Positions 49,120-56,804 of a stretch of DNA of 64,000 nt are shown here, piece after piece. The notes beneath the pieces were generated by a model. The model had not been told where the DNA came from. It ran no database searches and saw nothing but the letters and a program-made list of their open reading frames with translations. The DNA lies in the sequence record KJ019143.1. One strand, written 5' to 3'. The position numbers were made by a program, and so were the translations under genes. Position 1 is the first letter of the stretch. Each line of letters begins with the position of its first letter.

Positions 49120-49404
49120 ATGACACGCACTCCAATGACAGTCACCCTCAAGCGTAGCGACTGGGAATGTTATACAGACACCCCCGATACTATCATCGAA
49201 ACTATCAACTCATACTTCTCTTATGTGTTATCAACTAAAGATAACGCGTTTGATGCACAGTCTGAGATATTCAAGTTTCTGAATATGTTTAGTGAGTTTG
49301 GGTTTATGGATAGTGAGTGCCTAGAATGTGCAACTAGAGTCATCAACAGATATTTCGATTCATACCTCTCCCGATGGAGCCAGGTGGGTGATGTGACAGT
49401 CTAA
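49120..49404 (+). CDS. Hypothetical protein
   Basis: Ends DVTV* in element 49392. Confidence 0.65.
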   Translation: MTRTPMTVTLKRSDWECYTDTPDTIIETINSYFSYVLSTKDNAFDAQSEIFKFLNMFSEFGFMDSECLECATRVINRYFDSYLSRWSQVGDVTV

Positions 49405-49472
49405 GAAGTGGCACACGCTTCTCCGCAAACCCCTCAGGGGGTGCTATACTATATTCATACCAAAGGAACCAA

Positions 49473-49790
49473 ATGAATTTCAGAACACTAGCACTCACCA
49501 CCACCCTGGCTCTCTCCACTGTCCTAGGTGGTTTGGCTCCTGAAGCTAAGTCAGCTGACTTTTGTGACAACATCCCCGGCAACTCGGGATACGTTTGTGT
49601 TACCATGGGTCTCTGGTTCGACTTGGTTGAGGCAGACATACCCGCCTTTGGTGGTAAAGAGTCATTACACATCACCTGTGACAATGGCTGGTCATATCGA
49701 TCTAATGGTAACTGGAACAAAGACGCCGCTTCCCTTGTGGCTAAGGAATACTGTGAAGGTGCTGGCTGGAACAGCCACTCCGAGGTGTGA
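49473..49790 (+). CDS. Exported 4-Cys protein (paralog of 45786-46067)
   Basis: Signal peptide ending AKS; C..GYVC..GKE..ITC..W.YRSNG..A..AKEYC. Confidence 0.75.
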   Translation: MNFRTLALTTTLALSTVLGGLAPEAKSADFCDNIPGNSGYVCVTMGLWFDLVEADIPAFGGKESLHITCDNGWSYRSNGNWNKDAASLVAKEYCEGAGWNSHSEV

Positions 49791-49869
49791 CAGTCTAGGA
49801 AGTGGCACAAGCCCCCTAGGCAAGACCCCTCGGGTCTGCTATACTATATTCATACCAAACAAAGAAACC

Positions 49870-50136
49870 ATGTTCCCACACCTCCACATCTCTGAATCAA
49901 ACCTCGGACCTCACACCTCCATGTTTTTCAAAGTATCATCACAACCACAAGATGAGTGGCAGAATGGCATTTTCCATAACTCACCTTATGGCATCTTTCA
50001 CCTTCATTCTGAGAAAGGTGTTTATAAGTTGGAACTATCTTCCTCAGGTTTGAATACACCTAAGTTTCGCAAGTGTAAGTGTGAAGATGAACTTACCGCA
50101 CTCACTAAGATTCGTCAGTGGATGGATAAGTTCTGA
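49870..50136 (+). CDS. Phage hypothetical protein
   Basis: SSQPQDEWQNGIFHNSPYGIF..FRK; ATG after element leader. Confidence 0.72.
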   Translation: MFPHLHISESNLGPHTSMFFKVSSQPQDEWQNGIFHNSPYGIFHLHSEKGVYKLELSSSGLNTPKFRKCKCEDELTALTKIRQWMDKF

Positions 50137-50171
50137 TATTATCTAACACAAACCACTCACAACAAACTATC

Positions 50172-50345
50172 ATGAACCGACTAGAACTACTGACCCAACG
50201 TGAACAACTGATGGAGAGGATTGACTCTATCTGTGATGAATTCTTTTATAAGAACTATAATGGAGATACATCAGAAGCAGACGAATTAGTTCGTATTCTA
50301 TGTGATGCTGTTTGTGAAACCATAGACCCAGCGGGCATGGTGTGA
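50172..50345 (+). CDS. Small hypothetical protein (57 aa, not in ORF track)
   Basis: MNRLELLTQREQLMERID..LCDAVCE; stop in element 50341. Confidence 0.62.
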   Translation: MNRLELLTQREQLMERIDSICDEFFYKNYNGDTSEADELVRILCDAVCETIDPAGMV

Positions 50346-50424
50346 CAGTTGGAGAAGTGGCACACGCTTCTCCGCAAGACCCGCCTCACCTGCTATACTA
50401 TATTCATACCAAAGGAAACCGACC

Positions 50425-50688
50425 ATGTTCCAAGTCTGTACCGAAGACGCTCTAGATCACCGCTACACAATTGATGAGTTTGAGACACTGGAAGAAGCCC
50501 AATCTTGTTATAACGAGTGTGTGAAGGTTGGAGCTGAGGGTTATGAGATTTCGGTTGAGTTAGAGGAAATCATTGGCGATCATGATGATTACGTTTCCAT
50601 CGAGTTCACCGAGTGGTTTACACAAGAGAGTTGGGAGGAAGCTCATCCCTGGAATGAGAAGGAAGGAGTATGGGAAAACATAGACTGA
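50425..50688 (+). CDS. Acidic hypothetical protein
   Basis: Single-gene cassette. Confidence 0.68.
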   Translation: MFQVCTEDALDHRYTIDEFETLEEAQSCYNECVKVGAEGYEISVELEEIIGDHDDYVSIEFTEWFTQESWEEAHPWNEKEGVWENID

Positions 50689-50775
50689 TGTGACAGTTGG
50701 AGAAGTGGCACAAGCCCCCTAGGCAAACCCCTCCATACCTGCTATACTAAACACATACCAAACAAAGGAAACCAC

Positions 50776-51117
50776 ATGACCACCACCCAAACCAAAACCG
50801 AGTTCCTCACCGAGGCAATGATCGAACAGGTGAACAACCTCTGGAAGGTTTATAACGTGGAGTCAGGTCACACCATCACCCCACTTCTTAAGTATGAAGT
50901 GGCTAAGAAGTACATCAAGGTCTATCGTTTAGACGTTGTGAATGGTGAGATTCGTGACGGTCGTTCAGTGTTTATGTTTATCGATAAGGAGACTGGTGCA
51001 GTTCTGAAACCAGCCTCATGGAGAGCACCCGCTAAGGGTATCCGGTTCTACATTGAGTCGTTGGCTGAGAATCCTGAGCTGGTTGATCAGTATGGTAGTT
51101 TCCTCTACCGTCGCTGA
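50776..51117 (+). CDS. Phage hypothetical protein
   Basis: KKYIKVY..RSVFMFIDKETGAVLKPASWRAPAKGIRF. Confidence 0.78.
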   Translation: MTTTQTKTEFLTEAMIEQVNNLWKVYNVESGHTITPLLKYEVAKKYIKVYRLDVVNGEIRDGRSVFMFIDKETGAVLKPASWRAPAKGIRFYIESLAENPELVDQYGSFLYRR

Positions 51118-51199
51118 TGTGACAGCCACCAAGGTGGCACAGGGGGGCTAGGCAGCTCCCCTTCTTTATGCTATACTATATTCATACCAAAGGACCCCG

Positions 51200-52453
51200 A
51201 TGACCCTCACTCTCCGCCCCCACCAACTAGAAGCACTTCAGGTGATGGCTGAGACTCGTCTTGGTCAGATATTAGTTCCTACTGGTGGTGGTAAGACATT
51301 GATTGCCATCATGGACGTTGTGAGGACTCTAGAGAACGCAGGAACCCCTCAGACCATCGTTGTGGTGGCACCTAGGATATTGTTAGCCCAGCAACTCTGT
51401 AGTGAGTATATGGAGGTTCTGAGCGATAGGTTCGCCAACGTTATCCCCGCCCATATTCACTCAGGTCATACACCTCACTTTTCTACCACTAATATTCAGA
51501 AGATCCATCTTTTCGAGAAGATGATGGATACCGCCAACCTCCACCGCATATATTTCACCACATACAACTCACTTCCACGTTTAGCAGAAGCAGGTGTAAG
51601 TGTCGATACTATTATGTTCGACGAAGCTCATAACTCCACTCGTAATGACTTCTATCCCGCTACCAAGTATTTCTCACAGACCGCTAGTCGTTGTTACTAC
51701 TTTACAGCAACTCCCCGTCACTCAGTAACATCCAAGAGACACGGAATGAACGAGTCTGATGTATACGGACAGGTTATCTACAATGTTCCTGCCCCTACAC
51801 TTGTACAGGGTGGGTTTATCATCCCTCCTCAGGTTCGTGTTAAAGAGATGGAGTTCGTAGCTAAACATGAGCTCATCTCACAACGTGACACAAACCACCT
51901 CATCTCTTGTATTGATGACAACAACACGAGCAAAGTTCTAGTTTGTGCTAAGTCAGTCAAACAGATCATGCGTATGTTTAGTGAGACCGATATCAGCCAA
52001 CAACTTGATGATCGTGGTTTCTCCTATATGTACATCTCAGCTAAGACTGGTGGTGTTATCAATGGTAAGAAAGTATCACGTACTATGTTCTTCGATACTC
52101 TAAACGAGTGGGGTAAGGATAACAACAAGAAGTTCATTGTTCTTCATCATTCTATTCTCTCTGAGGGTATCAATGTAAGTGGTCTAGAGTCCGCTATCTT
52201 CTTACGTACTATGGACCACATTACTATCTCCCAAACGATTGGACGTGTCATTCGATTACATAAGGATGATGCTAAAGCTATGAGAGATGGTTCGATTCGC
52301 CCCGGTGATCTTAACTCCTATACTAAGTCCTTTGGTTTGTGTATTGTTCCAGTTTATTCTAAAACACAACAAACAGTTGCTAAGTCTCTTCAGGCAGTTG
52401 TTAATACCGTCTTTGTGGAAGGTGAAGCAGCAACCACAGTTGTGAGGCGTTAG
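51200..52453 (+). CDS. Superfamily 2 helicase (DExH, type III restriction Res-like)
   Basis: VPTGGGKT Walker A, FDEAH, FTATP, ILSEGINV, QTIGRVIR. Confidence 0.92.
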   Translation: MTLTLRPHQLEALQVMAETRLGQILVPTGGGKTLIAIMDVVRTLENAGTPQTIVVVAPRILLAQQLCSEYMEVLSDRFANVIPAHIHSGHTPHFSTTNIQKIHLFEKMMDTANLHRIYFTTYNSLPRLAEAGVSVDTIMFDEAHNSTRNDFYPATKYFSQTASRCYYFTATPRHSVTSKRHGMNESDVYGQVIYNVPAPTLVQGGFIIPPQVRVKEMEFVAKHELISQRDTNHLISCIDDNNTSKVLVCAKSVKQIMRMFSETDISQQLDDRGFSYMYISAKTGGVINGKKVSRTMFFDTLNEWGKDNNKKFIVLHHSILSEGINVSGLESAIFLRTMDHITISQTIGRVIRLHKDDAKAMRDGSIRPGDLNSYTKSFGLCIVPVYSKTQQTVAKSLQAVVNTVFVEGEAATTVVRR

Positions 52454-52561
52454 TATGAATTATCAAAACCAAGCTCTTGTGATACTTCTAGGTCTAATGT
52501 TCATAGCTGGTATTAACGTACTTCACTATGAACAACAATGGCAATGTAGGATGCATCAAAC

Positions 52562-53272
52562 CTATTGTTTTGTTTCTGAATAATACCATAAGTATCCTTT
52601 CCAACGCGAACCCCATTTGATAGAAGTACAAATACCCTTCCCACGATCCTCCTCATTAAAGGATCTCATCGCATCACTAATAGAGTCAAACACGGGAGTA
52701 ACATGACCAGTCTTATGAACTCCATAGACTTGTTTCTTATTCTTAGCGTGTTTATGAATCCACCATTTATAACCATATGCCGAACCCTCTCTTGTGATAC
52801 TTCTCCTGATATTTGATGGCCTACCATTCACAAACTCAGCGGCAGCAACCCAACCATGAAAGGTCTTAATCTTACCCGTTTCCAAGCACCTACACTTGAT
52901 GACGTTCTTATCATGTTTCTTAGGTTTCTTCTTTCGTTGATAACCCCATCTCCTATCCCCGTTATGATATGACTCTTTATTATTCAGCTTCCTAGTCTTA
53001 TGTTCTAACACCAAATTGTTATACTCAGGGTTATACTTATTCATCCAATATTCCACTCGTTCAGTAAGCTTATTCTCATTCACTTCTTCTAGTATACGTA
53101 TAGTAAAGTCATCGGAGTTATAGTAAGATAAGGCATTCGACAGAGGAGTATTTTCCTCCTTATGATTTTCCAATATCCCAGCCCAAACTTTATTCAGGGG
53201 AAGCGTATCATAACCGATGTATTTGTGAGAGGTTTGTCTATTCAAGATGATGTAGATGTTTGTGATGCTCAC
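52562..53272 (-). CDS. GIY-YIG homing endonuclease-like protein with NUMOD-type DNA-binding repeats
   Basis: NIY-x10-YIG, FTIRILEE, YNPEYN; FHGWVAAAEFV..AYGYKW and FDSISDAMR..WKGYLW. Confidence 0.8.
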   Translation of the reverse strand: MSITNIYIILNRQTSHKYIGYDTLPLNKVWAGILENHKEENTPLSNALSYYNSDDFTIRILEEVNENKLTERVEYWMNKYNPEYNNLVLEHKTRKLNNKESYHNGDRRWGYQRKKKPKKHDKNVIKCRCLETGKIKTFHGWVAAAEFVNGRPSNIRRSITREGSAYGYKWWIHKHAKNKKQVYGVHKTGHVTPVFDSISDAMRSFNEEDRGKGICTSIKWGSRWKGYLWYYSETKQ

Positions 53273-53351
53273 GGGAAATAGTCTCTATTCTGGTTGTATA
53301 TATAAACATTATCTTTTTTTATCACATGTGTTTGTTTATCTCCCTATTGGA

Positions 53352-53644
53352 TGTTATAATAGAAAGGAAGAGATCAACGTATATAACCAATGGAATTACC
53401 TAGGTAAGGATGAATAGAATAACCAATAGATTAACCTAGTAAGAAGTGATCTAATAGAAGGTAATCATATAGAGGAAGGTGAATAGAAAGCCCTATAGAA
53501 AGACCCAATAGAATGTAATCTAATCCATTGTAATCACCTATAGGATAGTATCATATAACGAGGTCTTTACAGCTCACTAAGCTCCTCCTAAACTCCACTG
53601 CCCGTTGCATATAAAGATCCATAGAAAGGTCTCTGCCCGTTGCA
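53352..53644. repeat. Non-coding tract with ~9 ATAGA(A) repeats and a 12-bp direct repeat
   Basis: ATAGA near 53359, 53414, 53426, 53454, 53469, 53483, 53495, 53508, 53621; CTGCCCGTTGCA at 53598-53609 and 53633-53644. Confidence 0.75.
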
Positions 53645-53807
53645 ACCTAAGCCCACCCTACCACGGGATTCCATTTTTGCCAAGGGATCTCCGAAAAACT
53701 TAATATTTCCGAGACACCCCAGACACCCACGGAACTGGCACAAACCCCCTTGGCAAACCCCCCGAAATGGCATATACTATATTCATACAAACAAAGGGAA
53801 CCGACCC

Positions 53808-54041
53808 ATGGAATTCATCCAAACTGACTACCCCGCTAACATGGCTCCCAATGTTATGGAGAGGAACTATGGTCGGGGTATCATCCTGACTCAGGTCAAT
53901 GAGGATGGTGTCATTCCATTCTCAGTATTCAATTTCAAAAAAGAGGATTGGAACTGGGGAGCTGACTACTACATGACCGAGCATAACTTCTATACACTAG
54001 AGGAGGCAGAGGCGGTAGTGACTCAGCTCGTAGCCAGCTGA
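53808..54041 (+). CDS. Hypothetical protein
   Basis: Single-gene cassette. Confidence 0.68.
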   Translation: MEFIQTDYPANMAPNVMERNYGRGIILTQVNEDGVIPFSVFNFKKEDWNWGADYYMTEHNFYTLEEAEAVVTQLVAS

Positions 54042-54114
54042 ACCACTGGCACATGGGGGCTAGGCACAGCCCCCTCTATACCCTATACTATATTCATACC
54101 AAAGGGAACACCCC

Positions 54115-54273
54115 ATGACCAAAGCAACTCAGAGACCTTCCACCCAGAGCCGTTACACCAGCCAGGTAGCCCAGGACCGTAAGGCAGCGGCACTCCAGAG
54201 GGCAGAGGAGCGTCGCCTCACGGGTTCTGCCGACGTGGATCAGGTGAACCGCCTCTACACTGTGACACTCTGA
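54115..54273 (+). CDS. Small hypothetical protein (52 aa)
   Basis: Single-gene cassette ending YTVTL* in element 54261. Confidence 0.58.
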   Translation: MTKATQRPSTQSRYTSQVAQDRKAAALQRAEERRLTGSADVDQVNRLYTVTL

Positions 54274-54344
54274 TAACTGGTACACAGGGGGTTGACAATA
54301 CACCCCCATGGCTCTATACTACACTCATACACAGATCCAACCCC

Positions 54345-54506
54345 ATGAACAGCCAACAGCATCTAGACTCCCTGGTATCCTCACTAGCCCAGGACGGTTG
54401 CCAAGAGATCGCAGTTATCAAGCTCCCTTCCCAAGCGAAGAGGAACCACAAGACCCTGTTCAGCCCACCCAACCGTAAAGGACCCCGGGCTAAGGTTTCA
54501 GCCTAA
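54345..54506 (+). CDS. Small hypothetical protein (53 aa)
   Basis: MNSQQHLDSL..IKLPSQAKRNHK; first gene after last element. Confidence 0.58.
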   Translation: MNSQQHLDSLVSSLAQDGCQEIAVIKLPSQAKRNHKTLFSPPNRKGPRAKVSA

Positions 54507-54545
54507 CTCCCCCATTCACTCATCCCCCCCTACACTCTGAGAACT

Positions 54546-54737
54546 ATGAACAACATCGACAATCTCGCCATGGACCGTTTGGATCAGTTGGCTTCTATGG
54601 TTATCCATCACACGGCGAATGGAAACGAATCACTCGCCGAACTCTGTGACCAGGAGGCAAGGGACCTACTGAACGAACTGGAATCCGAGGACTACACTTT
54701 CTGGACAATGCAAGACCTCAGCGGGCTGGAAGCCTAG
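54546..54737 (+). CDS. Hypothetical protein
   Basis: Last ORF of early array. Confidence 0.6.
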   Translation: MNNIDNLAMDRLDQLASMVIHHTANGNESLAELCDQEARDLLNELESEDYTFWTMQDLSGLEA

Positions 54738-54747
54738 GGACAGGTTA

Positions 54748-54951
54748 GGGGGCTGATCGACAGTCCCCCGTTTCGACAGTTGTTGGCGGCGGTCCCCCGA
54801 TACCCCCGGATCGCGATACCAAAAGCAATAGGGGACCCAACTCGAAACCTACAAACGTTTCCCAGCGGGCTATAATTATCGATCTCAATTTATTTTTCCC
54901 AGGTAGAAACCCCCCTACCCCCAATTTTTTTCCCAGGTAAAATTGTGCCAC
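54748..54951. other. Structured non-coding region closing the early array
   Basis: Three hairpins plus TTTTTCCCAGGTA twice (54893-54905, 54927-54939). Confidence 0.6.
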
Positions 54952-54959
54952 AAACCCCG

Positions 54960-55382
54960 CTAGGGGTTTTTCTTTGTATGAACTCCGAGATCCACTAAGT
55001 GTTTCCACACGGTCTTAAAGGGTCTCCCATACTCCTCCGATATCTCCCTGATACTCTTACCTTCCCTATAGAGGTTTCCCCAGGTCTCCGAAACCTCCGA
55101 GCTAATACAATATCTTCTGTTTCTCTGTTGCGTAGTCGCCGACGCCCAACGGCAGTTATCCTTTGAGTAACCTCGGTTATTATCGATACGGTCCAGGGAG
55201 TAACCTTGAGGACACTCTCCCATATCTGAGATAAAGTTTTCTACAGAGAACCAGAGAGGATCTTCAATAACTATCCCCCGTTCATAGTATCTCTCTGAGA
55301 AGGGGGAGGTTGGTGAAGTCCTACTGAGCATGTGTCTCCATATCTTATACTCTCTGGTGTGGGACAGTCCGTGGGTCTTCAT
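54960..55382 (-). CDS. HNH homing endonuclease
   Basis: EYKIWRHMLSR..RYYERGIVI..FISDMGECPQGYSLDRIDNNRGYSKDNCRWAS..QQRNRR, C-terminal HTH-like. Confidence 0.9.
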   Translation of the reverse strand: MKTHGLSHTREYKIWRHMLSRTSPTSPFSERYYERGIVIEDPLWFSVENFISDMGECPQGYSLDRIDNNRGYSKDNCRWASATTQQRNRRYCISSEVSETWGNLYREGKSIREISEEYGRPFKTVWKHLVDLGVHTKKNP

Positions 55383-55463
55383 ATTATACTTACCTACACA
55401 CTACCTATTATAACATAGAAAAGTGGTATAATGCTATATACAACAGTTGTTACCCCTATATGA

Positions 55464-55628
55464 ATGAAAAAGGAAAACACGTTTATCACTGAGTTACAAG
55501 AGAATGTCTCCACGGGAGATCTAATGGCTTCTATTCCTCCACAGGTCCTCTCAGAGATGGGATGGTATGAGGGCACAGAGTTACGTTGGGTCATCGATGG
55601 AAACGAGTTAGTTCTTATGGAGTCTTAG
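55464..55628 (+). CDS. AbrB/MazE-like swapped-hairpin small protein (54 aa, not in ORF track)
   Basis: TGDLMASIPPQVLSEMGWYEGTELRWVIDGNELVL; TG-G-TATAAT at about 55424-55432. Confidence 0.65.
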   Translation: MKKENTFITELQENVSTGDLMASIPPQVLSEMGWYEGTELRWVIDGNELVLMES

Positions 55629-55639
55629 AGACTAAAAAA

Positions 55640-55831
55640 ATGGCACAAAAAACATCCCTGTATCATATCTACGTCAACAAAGAGCCCATCTATGTCAATC
55701 TAGATGAGGATGATTTTAAGCGAGAATATAGTTACCTGTTGGGGTTTTTGGAGTTGACTAATCTAAAGAAAGATGCTACAATAGAGTATGAGGAATGTGA
55801 GACTATTCTTGGTTTAGAATCGTCTTACTAA
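55640..55831 (+). CDS. Hypothetical protein
   Basis: YHIYVNKEPIYVNLDEDDF. Confidence 0.68.
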   Translation: MAQKTSLYHIYVNKEPIYVNLDEDDFKREYSYLLGFLELTNLKKDATIEYEECETILGLESSY

Positions 55832-55872
55832 TCCTCTACATACTAGTATGAACACATTAATGGAGTATTGAA

Positions 55873-56640
55873 ATGGCAAAGGGTTTCACCGTGAAGGCGA
55901 AGACACCCCCTAAAGGAACCGAAGCTAAAAAGGCATCGGAATGGGATTATGATAAGGCTAAGGAGATTATGCGTGGTAAGAGCGTAGTATTCTGTCTCCC
56001 TGGTCGTGGCGTTAGTTATACGTATCTAAAGAACTTTGTTCAACTATGTTTTGACTTAGTTCAAATGGGAGCTTCGATTCAGATCTCTCAAGACTACAGT
56101 TCAATGGTTAACTTTGCACGTTGTAAGTGCTTAGGTGCCAACGTCCTACGGGGTCCTGATCAGATTCCATGGGATGGTCGACTTAAGTACGATTACCAAC
56201 TCTGGATTGATAGTGATATCGTATTCAACACTGAGAAGTTCCTACAACTTGTTCTAATGGACAAGGACATCGCTTCTGGTTGGTATTGTACTGAAGACGG
56301 ACGTACCTCCTCTGTAGCCCACTGGCTAGAGGAAGATGACTTTGCCAAGAATGGTGGTGTCATGAACCATGAGAACCTAGAAACAATGGCTAAGCGTAAG
56401 AAGCCTTTCACGGTTGATTACACTGGCTTCGGTTGGGTTCTTATCAAGAATGGTGTATTCGAACATCCTGAGATGAAGTATCCATGGTTCGCACCTAAGA
56501 TGCAGATCTTTGAATCTGGTGATGTACAGGATATGTGTGGTGAAGACGTTAGCTTCTGTTTAGATGCTATCGAAGCTGGATTTGAGATCTGGTGTGATCC
56601 CCGTATCCGTGTTGGACATGAGAAGTCACGAGTGATCTAA
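55873..56640 (+). CDS. Glycosyltransferase family 2-like protein
   Basis: MVNFARCKCLG, QLWIDSDIVF, VDYTGFGWVL, GEDVSFC, DPRIRVGHEK. Confidence 0.82.
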   Translation: MAKGFTVKAKTPPKGTEAKKASEWDYDKAKEIMRGKSVVFCLPGRGVSYTYLKNFVQLCFDLVQMGASIQISQDYSSMVNFARCKCLGANVLRGPDQIPWDGRLKYDYQLWIDSDIVFNTEKFLQLVLMDKDIASGWYCTEDGRTSSVAHWLEEDDFAKNGGVMNHENLETMAKRKKPFTVDYTGFGWVLIKNGVFEHPEMKYPWFAPKMQIFESGDVQDMCGEDVSFCLDAIEAGFEIWCDPRIRVGHEKSRVI

Positions 56641-56804
56641 TGGACCACTTGTATGATATAATCATAGAAGGTCAGGTTATTCATAGGGGAGTATGTGAAG
56701 AGGAGTTTCTAGATCTTATGGAGATCTTCTCTTCCAACTATTATGAATGTGGGTTCCCCCATCCTGACACCATCTCACACAAAATGTATAGTAAGGAGAA
56801 CTAA
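56640..56804 (+). CDS. Small hypothetical protein
   Basis: Coupled TAATG start and end. Confidence 0.6.
   Translation: MDHLYDIIIEGQVIHRGVCEEEFLDLMEIFSSNYYECGFPHPDTISHKMYSKEN

Larger units (their letters stand above)
27226..54345 (+). repeat. Dispersed family of about 31 palindrome-promoter elements (~85 bp)
   Basis: 24-bp TGTGACAST-N6-ASTGGCACA, some degenerate, starts at 27226, 30105, 32518, 32716, 36293, 37114, 38283, 39069, 39728, 39985, 41580, 41903, 43051, 45258, 45703, 46255, 46559, 48111, 48809, 49392, 49786, 50341, 50689, 51118, 53719, 54030, 54261; right half only at 31223, 39399, 45491; none at 31966. Each is followed 6-7 nt later by a -35 hexamer, 17 nt, and mostly TATACT/TATAAT. 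Confidence 0.95.

Noticed and set aside
27226-54345. CRISPR array
   Set aside because: Intervals are mostly 0.2-3.6 kb and contain intact ORFs; repeats are degenerate promoter elements; no cas genes
27226-54345. Canonical integron or CRP/NtcA sites
   Set aside because: No tyrosine recombinase in the window and no attC-type RYYYAAC/GTTRRRY architecture; half-sites are about 14 nt apart, unlike CRP (N6), and the NtcA GTA-N8-TAC is absent
54745-55008. 87-aa - strand ORF
   Set aside because: Starts inside the HNH gene and reads as low-complexity translation of a structured non-coding region
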